The notes under the pieces were generated by a model, which ran no database searches, was not told where the DNA came from, and saw only the letters and a program-made list of their open reading frames with translations. A stretch of DNA of 64,000 nt from Myxococcota bacterium (lineage in GTDB: Bacteria > Myxococcota_A > Polyangia > Polyangiales > Houyiibacteriaceae): the NCBI GenBank assembly GCA_039030515.1, contig JBCCEA010000005.1, positions 64,001 to 128,000 of the forward strand. The letters are read 5' to 3'. A program made the translations under genes and the position numbers. Shown here one piece after another: positions 18,962-28,817 of this stretch (its first letter is position 1; each line of letters opens with the position of its first letter).

Positions 18962-21007
18962 ATGGCCCAGCAAACACCTATGATCCCTCAGCAGAACTTG
19001 GCTGAGCAACCCCAGTTGATCGTCGAAGGAACTCCAGCGGCTACCTACGAAGGTGTCAGAGCACCGGCCCGCAAAACGCTAAAAACCTCTCCACGTGAGC
19101 GACTTCAGCGCACCAGCGACTGGACGGTCAGCAACAGTGAAGAGACCTATCATATTCGCGGTTGGGGCCATCCGTATTTTCGCATCAACGACAAGGGGCA
19201 CGTCGAGGTGCTGCCCGATCCGACGCGCCATCCGATCGATCTGTACGAAGTGGTGGAGCAAGTAGGAGCGCGGGGCCTCGAGCTTCCACTGTTGATTCGG
19301 TTTCCAAACATCCTCGAGCATCGGATCCGGCTCATCAACGAGGCATTTCAAGCGGCGATCGAGGAATACGAGTACCGAGGCAGCTACCGAGGCGTCTTTC
19401 CGATCAAAGTAAACCAGCAGCGACACTTGGTGGAGGAGGTCGTGCACTTCGGCCGACCGTTCCGATACGGTTTGGAAGCCGGCAGCAAACCGGAGCTCTT
19501 GATCGCTTTGGCGATGATGAACGACCCTGACGGTTTCATCATTTGCAACGGTTATAAAGACGAGATCTTCATGGAAACGGCCCTGGTGGGTTCGCGGTTC
19601 GATAAGGAGGTGATCGTCGTCCTCGAGCGCGCGGAAGAGCTGGAACTGATCCTGCGCGCGTCGAAAAAGCTGGGGATTCGCCCAAGTCTCGGAGTCCGAG
19701 CCAAACTCAGCTCGAAGGGCATGGGTCGCTGGAGCGGGTCGTCGGGCGATCGAGCCAAGTTCGGCCTTGCCACCGCGGAGTTGGTCAACCTCATCGATGA
19801 ACTCGCCGCTCTCGATATGCTCGACTGCCTCAAATTGCTCCACTTTCACATCGGGAGCCAAGTCTCGAGCATCCTCCCGATCAAGAACGCAATTCGCGAA
19901 GCGGCAAACCTCTATGTCGAACTGGCGAAAATGGGCGCAGCGATGGGGTATTTGGATGTCGGCGGAGGCCTTGCGGTGGACTACGACGGCAGCAAAACCG
20001 ACTTCCGAGGCAGCAAGAACTACGACCTCGCTGAGTACGCGGCGGACGTGGTGCACGGCATCAAAGAGGCCTGTGACAAGGCGGAGGTCGCCGAGCCGAT
20101 CATCGTCACAGAGGCAGGCAGGGCTGTCGCCGCGTATCAATCGGTCTTGGTTTTCGAAGCGGTAGGTGCCGACATCGTCCGATTTGGCGCTCCCAAAGAG
20201 CCTCCGGAGGACGCCCATCGCGTGCTCGACGAGTTGTACTACACTTGGAAAAATATCGTCCCGAAAAACGTCCAAGAATCCTTCCACGACGCGATGCAGG
20301 CACGCGAAGAAGCACGAAGTCTCTTTCGCTATGGCTATTTACCCCTGAGAACCCTCGCGATTGCAGAGCGGCTGTTCTGGCATTGCTGCGAAAAGATCAG
20401 CGACAATCTGAGCCGGCTCAAGTACGTGCCCGAAGAGCTGCAGCAGCTCGAAGAAACGCTCAGCGCGATTTACTACTGCAATTTTTCGATGTTTCAGTCC
20501 GCGCCGGACGTTTGGGCGATCCAACAGCTCTTTCCGATCATGCCGATCCACCGCCTTGAAGAACGGCCTTCCGAGCGGGCCACGCTTGCCGACTTGACCT
20601 GCGACAGCGATGGCATGATCAAAAATTTCATCGATCCCGAGGAGGACAAGAAAGTTCTCGAAGTCCATGAGCTGCGAAAAGGCGAACGCTACTTGATGGC
20701 GATGTTTTTGGTCGGGGCCTACCAAGAAATCTTGGGCGACATGCACAATTTATTCGGAGACACCAACGCGGTTCACGTCCGGCTCGAAAATTCAGGCTAC
20801 AGCGTGGCACACGTCATCAAAGGGGATGCCATCGACGAGGTGTTTCGTTATGTTTCGTATGATCCCGAAGACATGGTGGAACGAGTGCGTCAACAAGCCG
20901 AACGCGCGCTGAATCAAGGTCGAATGGACCTGTCCCACGTTCGCACTTTTATGCGGCACTACGAGCGCACCCTCAAGAGCTACACGTACCTAACCGCCGA
21001 GGAATGA
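18962..21007 (+). CDS. speA: Biosynthetic arginine decarboxylase
   Basis: PIKVNQ (PLP lysine), EAGSKPEL, HFHIGSQ, DVGGGL, LTCDSDG, GAYQEILGDMHNLFGD; start codon approximate. Confidence 0.96.
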   Translation: MAQQTPMIPQQNLAEQPQLIVEGTPAATYEGVRAPARKTLKTSPRERLQRTSDWTVSNSEETYHIRGWGHPYFRINDKGHVEVLPDPTRHPIDLYEVVEQVGARGLELPLLIRFPNILEHRIRLINEAFQAAIEEYEYRGSYRGVFPIKVNQQRHLVEEVVHFGRPFRYGLEAGSKPELLIALAMMNDPDGFIICNGYKDEIFMETALVGSRFDKEVIVVLERAEELELILRASKKLGIRPSLGVRAKLSSKGMGRWSGSSGDRAKFGLATAELVNLIDELAALDMLDCLKLLHFHIGSQVSSILPIKNAIREAANLYVELAKMGAAMGYLDVGGGLAVDYDGSKTDFRGSKNYDLAEYAADVVHGIKEACDKAEVAEPIIVTEAGRAVAAYQSVLVFEAVGADIVRFGAPKEPPEDAHRVLDELYYTWKNIVPKNVQESFHDAMQAREEARSLFRYGYLPLRTLAIAERLFWHCCEKISDNLSRLKYVPEELQQLEETLSAIYYCNFSMFQSAPDVWAIQQLFPIMPIHRLEERPSERATLADLTCDSDGMIKNFIDPEEDKKVLEVHELRKGERYLMAMFLVGAYQEILGDMHNLFGDTNAVHVRLENSGYSVAHVIKGDAIDEVFRYVSYDPEDMVERVRQQAERALNQGRMDLSHVRTFMRHYERTLKSYTYLTAEE

Positions 21008-21018
21008 TGGTTTGAGCA

Positions 21019-21744
21019 ATGGTGGACTCGCGCATCCTGGTCGTCACACCCACGTACAACGAACGCCCCAATATCGGCAGCTTCATCACTCAGCTCTTCG
21101 AGGCACTACCTCAAGCACACTGTTTGATCGTCGACGACAATTCTCCTGACGGGACCGGTGAACTTGCGGAAGAACTCGCCGCCAAAGATCCCCGTGTTCG
21201 CGTGATTCATCGCCCTCGTAAGCTTGGGCTCGGCAGCGCCTACCTTCAGGCATTTGAGCGCGGCCTGCAGGATGGATACGACGTACTGATCGAGATGGAT
21301 GCCGACCATTCCCACAATCCTCGATATCTCCCGGGCATGCTCGCCGAGTTGGACAGCCGAGCCGACCTGATCATCGGATCCCGCAACATTGCCGGCGGCG
21401 GCGTAGACGGCTGGGGCTTCGGGCGACACGTGCTCAGCAAGGGGGGCAGCCTCTACAGCCGAATGCTGTTGGGGGTGTCACCACGCGACCTGACCAGCGG
21501 ATACAAAATCTTTCGGAGAGAGGTGCTCGAGGCGATCGATCTTCAGACCGTTCGCTCCGAAGGGTACTCGTTCCAAATCGAGCTCACCTATCGAGCGATC
21601 CGCAAAGGTTTCACCGTTCGCGAATTTCCTATCGTGTTCGTCGATAGACATGCAGGTAAAAGCAAAATGAGTCGGCGCGTTTTTGCAGAGGCGGTGATGC
21701 TCGTGCCCAAATTGCGAGTTGAGGCGCTTCTTGGACGCATCTAG
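21019..21744 (+). CDS. Polyprenol monophosphomannose synthase (GT2)
   Basis: PTYNE, VDDNSPDGTG, EMDADHSH, GYSFQIE. Confidence 0.93.
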   Translation: MVDSRILVVTPTYNERPNIGSFITQLFEALPQAHCLIVDDNSPDGTGELAEELAAKDPRVRVIHRPRKLGLGSAYLQAFERGLQDGYDVLIEMDADHSHNPRYLPGMLAELDSRADLIIGSRNIAGGGVDGWGFGRHVLSKGGSLYSRMLLGVSPRDLTSGYKIFRREVLEAIDLQTVRSEGYSFQIELTYRAIRKGFTVREFPIVFVDRHAGKSKMSRRVFAEAVMLVPKLRVEALLGRI

Positions 21745-21854
21745 TCGACTACCCTGTAGGCGCCCTGACCACCCAGTGCGCGCAGTGCCGACCCGGCATC
21801 CAATGCCATGATCTGACGTCTACTGCAGCCATCTACAGCCGCGAGGGAGAACCT

Positions 21855-23243
21855 GTGGAACAAATAGAGCGGAAGGACCGATATGCGTCAGCCGGCAGAG
21901 CCGGATTATCGACCGCTACCGTGATCGACCACTGGGGCAACCCGATCACGACGAAAAGCGACCGGGCCGTAGACGCTTTGAACCGCTTCACGCTCGCCTT
22001 TGCCGCGCATCGCGCAGAGGCCCAATCCCTTCTCGATGAAATTTCCTGCGCCGATCCGGATCTGACCCTTCTGTTCGTCGTCCGCGGCTTTTCGATCTCG
22101 TTCTTGATGCGAAACGATCACTGGCAGCACGCACGCTCGATGTGTACGCGCGCCAAGCACATCAGTTCTCAGAGGGGAGCGACCCCACGAGAGAAGGGAT
22201 TGATCGCTGCCCTCGAGGCATGGCTACGCCGCGACGTGGATGCGGCTATCGATATGCTCGAGAGCCTCGTAAGTTGCAATCCTCGCGATCTACTCACCTT
22301 CAAACTCACCCACGCCTGCAACTTCATTCTAGGCCGGCCTCAGAGGATGCGGGCCAGTGCGGAGCGCGCGCTGAAGTCCTGGCACCCGCTCATCCCAGGC
22401 TACGGGCACGCTTTGGGCTGTCTTGCTTTTGCTCTTGAGGAGACCGGTGACTACGAAACCGCAGAGGTCGTGGGCAGGCAGGCAGTGGAGGCTGAACCAG
22501 GCAGCGCTTGGGCGATCCACGCAGTGGCTCATGTATTTGAGATGACCGACCGCCAAAAAGTCGGCACCGAGTGGCTCGAGAGTCATCGAATCGCGTGGAG
22601 TCAGTGTGGCAATTTCGCCGGACACTGCACCTGGCACCTGGCACTGTTTCATTTGGAGCTCGGTGAGATCGAAGAGGCGCTGGCCCTATATCCATCGATC
22701 CGTTCACATATCCAGCAAGATTTCCGCGACTTCAGCAATGCGGCTTCCCTACTGTGGCGCCTGGAGCAAGAAGGCTGCACTCTCGATACGGAATGGAATG
22801 AACTCGCTCGGTTGGCAAAAGCCAACGCCTTCGATCACGGCTGCGCCTTTGCGGACGTGCACTACGCACTCATTTTATTGCAGGCGGGTCGCCCTGAAGA
22901 GGCCTTGAAGGCGCTCCGATCGATGCGCGCCTACGCCGAACCGAGAACGCATCACTTTGCGAGCGTTATTTCAAAGGTTGCGTGTCCCATCGTGGAAGGA
23001 TTGATTGACCTCGACCAGGGCAGAATCGAGACAGGTCTTGAATACCTGGAGTCCATTCAGGGCAAGACGCAGCCCATGGGGGGCAGTCACGCTCAGAGAG
23101 ATCTTTTTGAACAACTGTGGATCGCTGGTGCTGTGCGTTGGAATCAGGCCCAGATCGCCGAGAGCGCACTGCAGAGCCGGCTTCAGCGGAGGCCTCAAAA
23201 CCGCTGGGCCATCCAAAAATTGCAGACGCTAAAAGACGGCTAA
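21855..23243 (+). CDS. Tetratricopeptide repeat protein (TTC38-like)
   Basis: AFALEETG, WAIHAVAHV, HCTWHLAL, SLLWRL, GGSHAQRD. Confidence 0.88.
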   Translation: MEQIERKDRYASAGRAGLSTATVIDHWGNPITTKSDRAVDALNRFTLAFAAHRAEAQSLLDEISCADPDLTLLFVVRGFSISFLMRNDHWQHARSMCTRAKHISSQRGATPREKGLIAALEAWLRRDVDAAIDMLESLVSCNPRDLLTFKLTHACNFILGRPQRMRASAERALKSWHPLIPGYGHALGCLAFALEETGDYETAEVVGRQAVEAEPGSAWAIHAVAHVFEMTDRQKVGTEWLESHRIAWSQCGNFAGHCTWHLALFHLELGEIEEALALYPSIRSHIQQDFRDFSNAASLLWRLEQEGCTLDTEWNELARLAKANAFDHGCAFADVHYALILLQAGRPEEALKALRSMRAYAEPRTHHFASVISKVACPIVEGLIDLDQGRIETGLEYLESIQGKTQPMGGSHAQRDLFEQLWIAGAVRWNQAQIAESALQSRLQRRPQNRWAIQKLQTLKDG

Positions 23244-23479
23244 CGAATATACTGCGCGCTGAATGCAATGCATTCGATAGCCGAATCTAGTGAGCAGTCG
23301 GGACGCGTCTGTCGCGTCTGATCGATGCGCTCACCGATTTAACTCGATTTCAGAAACCCGTCTCGTCGTGGACATCGCGTGTAGCGTGGCGCACGATGAA
23401 GGGCGTTCTATCAAAAGCTCTACGACCTTAAGGTCTGCAAGCTTCTGTGCACACCGCTCTCATTAAGAGAAATTCTGAT

Positions 23480-24352
23480 ATGACCGCGGAGGATCAGGCG
23501 GCGCGCACGATTCAGAGCATCGTACGTGGTTTCCTAGAAATTGGTCGTCGACGACATCTCGATCATGCTGCAAATGCAATACAGCGATGGTTCCGATCTT
23601 GTCAGGCGAGAGCCTACTTGCCCGAGCGCGTGTATGTCGATGGGGAAGGGGACATTTGCGTCCATTTCACCGCCGGAGTCTCATTCACGCTCGTTCCCCG
23701 AGACGTTGGGTCCCAAGACATCGAGATGGGGCCAACGGATAGATCTACCGCACGACTCGTTGCACAACGTCGGATCATAAGAACAAGCAAAGCTGTCCGA
23801 TGCGGAAACCCTGCATGTGGGAAAAGGGTCAGCAGCACAAGCAACCCGCCAGATTGGTGGTCACCAGCTGAAGTAAAGGCGCGAACGCTCTTTCTAAACG
23901 TCGGGGATCATGAAGGGGCCTTCGGCAACAGAGGCGGTTCTCAAGCTCGTCGCCCCGCCAGGACTAGCGGACTGTGTAGGAGCTGCCTGATGGAGGAGGT
24001 TCGCCGCAACGCTTTTGCAGGGATAGAGACAGGAGATCCCACCGGTTGCGACCCAGCCGCGACGCGCGAAGCTTTTCAGGCTTTGCTCGCCGCTTTGGAT
24101 GAGCGGCTCCCTATCCGCGTGGAGCACCTAGAATCCCCCCTACCCGTCGTTCAACCGCCTCCACAGAATGGAATATCGCAATACCAATGTAAAAAAAGAC
24201 CACTCCACTCTCAACTCAGGCATCGGATCAAAGTTGAGTGCTACTTTGCGTTCATCGTTTTCACTCTCATCGCCTGTGCTGCCCTTTTCGGATGGATCGT
24301 GTACGAGCACACCTATTCGTCTGACCGACTTCTCGGCAGCGTCAGCCCTTAG
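23480..24352 (+). CDS. Hypothetical protein with two IQ-like motifs, Cys pairs and a C-terminal transmembrane helix
   Basis: IQSIVRGF and IQRWFRS; CGNPAC and CRSC; hydrophobic YFAFIVFTLIACAALFGWIVY. Confidence 0.55.
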   Translation: MTAEDQAARTIQSIVRGFLEIGRRRHLDHAANAIQRWFRSCQARAYLPERVYVDGEGDICVHFTAGVSFTLVPRDVGSQDIEMGPTDRSTARLVAQRRIIRTSKAVRCGNPACGKRVSSTSNPPDWWSPAEVKARTLFLNVGDHEGAFGNRGGSQARRPARTSGLCRSCLMEEVRRNAFAGIETGDPTGCDPAATREAFQALLAALDERLPIRVEHLESPLPVVQPPPQNGISQYQCKKRPLHSQLRHRIKVECYFAFIVFTLIACAALFGWIVYEHTYSSDRLLGSVSP

Positions 24353-24419
24353 GGTAGCTGCAGGGACCAAACAGGCAGCTTTTCCTTTTCAAGCCACGCA
24401 TAGACTCCGTAGGTCTGCA
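24232..24419. repeat. 188-bp direct repeat, copy 1
   Basis: Matches 26086-26273 with about 6 mismatches counted by eye. Confidence 0.95.
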
Positions 24420-24724
24420 TGCCGCCAATCGCTCATGAAGCCGTCAAGAACGCGAGCTTTTTTCGCAACAAATCTATGAATTATTGAAATCGCTATCCTT
24501 TGGATGCACTTGGCGTATCAGCACAGAATAGCGAAGCCGATAATGCAATCAGGGTACTTAGAAGAGTTGATTTAGCGAGACGTAGAGCATGACAAATGAA
24601 GCTTGGATTCCTATTGATATCTCATATCTAGAAACAGCTCTTGCGCACTTGACCAGATGGACGTGACGTGCAGAGTTAAGGATGATATCCGAACAAGCAG
24701 GCCTCAGTCTCCGATGGATACTAG

Positions 24725-25906
24725 TTGATGAGTCTTAGTCCTACAAATACTGGCTCTGACCGACATGATCCAGTCGTTGACCCGCAAGTCAGGCCCCCTC
24801 CTGGTGCAGCACGTCAGCAGCGATGCAGAATGAGGCCTCAGTACTTGTTACTTCTCTACGTGGCAGTGCTTCTGCCTCACTATCGACGCATCGGAGCGAT
24901 CCTGCGAGGCAGAGGATTTGCACCCTTAGGTCCGGTACAACCACTCAATCGCTGGTCTTCTCCGGACACGACGCTTGCCTGGTCCGGCGACTTTGCATGG
25001 CCCAATAACTGGGTGAACGCGACGCATCCCTCCGGGGGGGCGCATCAAAGCGTTCTGCCTTGCGTGGCTCTATGGATCCACGAGTCGAATCCAACTCAAA
25101 TGCATCGAAATCCTGATGAGCCTGTCCTACAGGATCCCGGCAAATGGCTGGATAGAGACAAGTGCGTTCCGGTTCCCGGAGGCAGCCGAGCAGTGGTCGT
25201 CGTCTACCCGGGATGTGAAGCCACCGTGACGAGCAGTGACGGGGCGATGTCGGTTGTGGTGACCGCGGTAAGACCTCAAACATTTGCTACGGGAGAACAC
25301 TCTGGAACATATTATGTATCAGCTCATCCAGTGAATCCTAAAGAACAACGCATCCAAAATTGGTACGATATCCGCGGGACACCACCCCACATCAACCCCT
25401 CCCAACGATTTCAATACATGCTTGACAGTATGCCAGAGGATGTAACTGGGTTTAACGGTGTATACGGCACGGGTTTATTCGTCGTTCACGCTTCTCTCGA
25501 GCCATCCTTCATGATGCTATTTCGTCCGCAACGGCGTGCGAAGATGGAAGCAGGAATCGTCACTAGTCGGAGAACGGGACACGAGAAAGTCCTCAACTTT
25601 TTGCTCCGTGCTTACTACGGACCGGGGCCCGACCCAGATGCAGGCACAGTAGGATCACGACGACAACAGGCGCAGAACCTCATGAAGCAGCTGGACCTGG
25701 CAGGCTTTGCACTAGTGATGAAGAGAAACCGGAAAGGCTCCGTCGTCCGACTCGGACTGAGCTTCAAGTCGAGGGGGATCAATTGCCGAGGCTCGGGAGC
25801 CAACGGCCTCGCAGACGAGCGTATGCAGAGGGCTATCACCCGGAAAGTCGAGAGCCTATTCCAGGGGCCAGTAGTGAGGATCGAACATCCACCCGTTATG
25901 TGTTGA
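24725..25906 (+). CDS. Hypothetical protein lying between the 188-bp direct repeats
   Basis: 393-codon ORF with no family recognised; start uncertain. Confidence 0.55.
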   Translation: MMSLSPTNTGSDRHDPVVDPQVRPPPGAARQQRCRMRPQYLLLLYVAVLLPHYRRIGAILRGRGFAPLGPVQPLNRWSSPDTTLAWSGDFAWPNNWVNATHPSGGAHQSVLPCVALWIHESNPTQMHRNPDEPVLQDPGKWLDRDKCVPVPGGSRAVVVVYPGCEATVTSSDGAMSVVVTAVRPQTFATGEHSGTYYVSAHPVNPKEQRIQNWYDIRGTPPHINPSQRFQYMLDSMPEDVTGFNGVYGTGLFVVHASLEPSFMMLFRPQRRAKMEAGIVTSRRTGHEKVLNFLLRAYYGPGPDPDAGTVGSRRQQAQNLMKQLDLAGFALVMKRNRKGSVVRLGLSFKSRGINCRGSGANGLADERMQRAITRKVESLFQGPVVRIEHPPVMC

Positions 25907-26085
25907 ATAGGGGCATCTGGGAGTGCGGGTGTCTGGGAGTGCTCTCGCTGCTGCCCTGCACCACGCTTCACGTAGTCAACCAACGTCTTCGCTTCCGGAA
26001 CAGACTCATGCACTCTCGGTTGAAAGAGCCGTAAGCACATGAACTCACCGCTTCCGTAGGCCCTAAATATCTCATATCAGATTAG

Positions 26086-26273
26086 AGTTGAGTGCTACTT
26101 TGCGTTCATCGTTTTCACTCTCATCGCCTGTGCTGCCCTTTTCGGATGGATCGTGTACGAGCACACCTATTCGTCTGAACGACCTCTCGGCAGCGTCAGC
26201 CCTTAGGGTAGCTGCAGGGGCCAAACAGGCAGTTTTTCCTCTTCAAGCCACGCATAGACTCCATAGGTCTGCA
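26086..26273. repeat. 188-bp direct repeat, copy 2 (includes the 3' end of the Slt gene)
   Basis: Matches 24232-24419. Confidence 0.95.
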
Positions 26274-28527
26274 GCACTCTTCGGGTGTATCTTCGGGTTT
26301 CTTCAAATGGAATCGTTTCGATAAACGCGTCCAGAGGCAAGTCGCCACGGGAACGCAGCCATCGATTCACCGCCCCATGACCCGCGTTGTAGGCCGCAGG
26401 CACCAGGGCGGGGTTTTCGGCAAAACGATCCCAGAGAAATCGAATGTAGTGCGTGCCGATACGAAGATTGGTTTCGGGATCCCGAAGCGAAGCGGAATCG
26501 GAGGGAAGGTCAAGTTCGCTAGCGAAACGCTGGGCGGTAGGCTCGATAAGCTGGATGAGCCCGTACGCGTGCGCGGCAGAAACCGCACGAGGATTGAAAG
26601 CACTTTCCTCTCGGGCGATCGCACGAACAAATGAAGGAGCGATCTCTTCTGAAGCGGCAACTTGCTCGATAAGTGGCGAAAAAGCATTGGGGTAGGCAAG
26701 TCTCCACAGAGCCTTGCCTCCGGAGGGACTGGTGCGGCTTAGGCCAGGCAGACGTCCGCGTACCAGAGCGCTCGCTTGGGGTAACGCACCGGCCCTATCG
26801 AGCAGCGCGGCGGTCAGCCACAAAAGAGAGGCGTCGCTTCCCTCTCCCGTAGCGCCAAGATAGTCGAGTTCGATTTTCGCCAGCTCGATGTCCCCCACGC
26901 GAAGGAGATCGATCGCCCTGAAAAAGCCGGGTTGTTCCAGCTCAGTGCGATGGGGAAAGCGAAGATCCGCCGGCTTGGACGCATCACGCATCGAACTGAG
27001 GAGGCTCTCGGCGCGCGCTGCATCCAGCTCGCGGATGCGCATCAGAGACTGCTGAGCGTAGTAGCTGAGTGGATACTTTCGAAACAGCGACTCCCACTGC
27101 GAGAGCGCATCGTTAGGGCGTTCCAGTTCAGCGAGGAAGCGGGCGCGCCAATACTCACTTCGTCCAAGAGAGCCGTCTGTGGTTTCGGTCGTGCCCTCGT
27201 CGATCGCGGTGGTCAGCGTCTCAATCGCCTCCTCAATCGCCCCTTGGGTATGTAGATGCCAAGCCAACTTGAATCGCGCCCTTCCGCGCATATCGCCCTC
27301 TGGATATACGAGAGGTAGGGTCGCAAGCTGTTGGGCCATCGCCTCTTCGTCGTTCAGCTCTTTTGCGCAAAGCGCAGCGCGGTATCGGGCGTCGTCTGCA
27401 AGGCTGCTCTCCTGGTGGTCTCTTTCGAGCTGTCCGTATTGCTCTATAGCCTCTTGGTAGCGACCCAAACGGGCCAGAGCTCGAGCAGCATTGAACCGGG
27501 CGGCCGCTCTGACCGATTGAGTCCGGCATCGTGAGGCGACCTGCAGCATGTGCTCGGCTCCGCTGGCGCGCTTTCGCCGGCGCAGCATGGCGCGACCTTG
27601 CATCAACTGGGCCTCGCATTTCTGGGCCTCGCTCGCGTCTGTGCGGCCGGCGATGGCGCCAAATGCATGCTCTGCATCCTCATGCCTCATGGCCCGATAG
27701 AGTGCTTGGCCGTTCGCGAGCGCGTCTTCGACGGATGCCGAGCCGAGTTGACGGCGACGGGGCCCGGCGAGCTTGGCCAAGACTTTTCTCGAAGCCTCCG
27801 CAGCGTGACGGCCGGCGGAGGAAAGCGGCGCTCGACTCTGAACTCTTCTGTAGAGCCGCAAAGCCTCCTCCAGAGATTCTGGGGTCGCTCGGGCCTCCAG
27901 GATGCGCACCAAGGGAAATACCGCCGAGGCGCCGCCCACTTCCGGAGGCGTTTCTTGCAGCAGTGCGCGCAGCAGTGGCTCCGCCTCTTCGTGTCTGCCG
28001 GCTCGTTCAAGACCGCGGGCATGGATCCGCCGGGCCCGCAATGCCCCCGCCCATCCGGTCGCAAGGGGGCCGGTTTGCTTTGCAGCCGCCTCGGGATCGT
28101 CGACCTCGATCAGGCGCGCAAGCTGCAGCGCGGCCCACGGTGCAAGCGGCGCTCCGCTTTTTTCGATTCGGCGGTAGCTCTGCCGGGCCAATTGCAAAAG
28201 GGCCGGTTCCGACTCTGACGCTCGCGCACCAACCCAAAGCAAAAGCGTTTTCTCCTCCTCGGTCGCTTCGGGCAGCGCGTCGTCGACGATCTGTATCGCC
28301 TGGGCCGGCGTGCCAAACCGCCATGCCTGCTTCGCTCGCCCCAAGGCCGAGCTGGGGTCGACTCGGACGATATTCGGATCAAACCAGCTTCCCGATCCAT
28401 TTGAGTCCGGAATCATCCGGGAGGTTCCCGAGAAGCTTTGCGCGCTACACGTGCTGGAAAGGGTGGTCAACGCCGCAAAGGCCACCGAGGTATGCTTTGG
28501 GGTCCATCGGATTCGAAATGAGCGCAT
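26203..28527 (-). CDS. Soluble lytic murein transglycosylase (Slt-like) with TPR repeats
   Basis: AREESAF catalytic Glu motif, GLIQL, AAYNAG, IPFEETRRY, PLSYYA; TPR-like helices upstream. Confidence 0.93.
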   Translation of the reverse strand: MRSFRIRWTPKHTSVAFAALTTLSSTCSAQSFSGTSRMIPDSNGSGSWFDPNIVRVDPSSALGRAKQAWRFGTPAQAIQIVDDALPEATEEEKTLLLWVGARASESEPALLQLARQSYRRIEKSGAPLAPWAALQLARLIEVDDPEAAAKQTGPLATGWAGALRARRIHARGLERAGRHEEAEPLLRALLQETPPEVGGASAVFPLVRILEARATPESLEEALRLYRRVQSRAPLSSAGRHAAEASRKVLAKLAGPRRRQLGSASVEDALANGQALYRAMRHEDAEHAFGAIAGRTDASEAQKCEAQLMQGRAMLRRRKRASGAEHMLQVASRCRTQSVRAAARFNAARALARLGRYQEAIEQYGQLERDHQESSLADDARYRAALCAKELNDEEAMAQQLATLPLVYPEGDMRGRARFKLAWHLHTQGAIEEAIETLTTAIDEGTTETTDGSLGRSEYWRARFLAELERPNDALSQWESLFRKYPLSYYAQQSLMRIRELDAARAESLLSSMRDASKPADLRFPHRTELEQPGFFRAIDLLRVGDIELAKIELDYLGATGEGSDASLLWLTAALLDRAGALPQASALVRGRLPGLSRTSPSGGKALWRLAYPNAFSPLIEQVAASEEIAPSFVRAIAREESAFNPRAVSAAHAYGLIQLIEPTAQRFASELDLPSDSASLRDPETNLRIGTHYIRFLWDRFAENPALVPAAYNAGHGAVNRWLRSRGDLPLDAFIETIPFEETRRYTRRVLQTYGVYAWLEEEKLPVWPLQLP

Positions 28528-28643
28528 GGCTGCCTACAGTAAGAATAATGGTCTCATCACAGCAAATTCGCGAGCGCAGGTGGAGGCTCCCGGGCCGGTT
28601 TCTAAACCATGCGTGCAGGCCCGGGCACGTCGTTGATCGAGGG

Positions 28644-28712
28644 GAACGTCATAGAGCGAGACGTCATCAAAGGGAACGGCATCAAACGGGACGGCATCAA
28701 ACGGGACAGCAT
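28644..28712. repeat. Degenerate 15-bp tandem repeat (consensus near GGCATCAAACGGGAC), 4-5 copies
   Basis: Visible period-15 pattern between the Slt and LolC/E genes. Confidence 0.75.
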
Positions 28713-28817
28713 CGCTGCAGGCACCTACCGACGGCCCCCACGGAGTTGGCCCGCCAGCTGCCTATGTGATACGGACGCTGGCGTACGGAGGCGACGGTTC
28801 AGGCCATTATCATTGGG

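Noticed and set aside
19079..20287. 402-aa antisense ORF; similar shadow ORFs at 27531-28769, 37080-38063 and 41398-42285
   Set aside because: They lie opposite well-supported genes, lack motifs, and are expected from codon bias in GC-rich DNA
24232..26273. Diversity-generating retroelement TR/VR pair
   Set aside because: Mismatches are not confined to adenines of one copy and no reverse transcriptase is encoded
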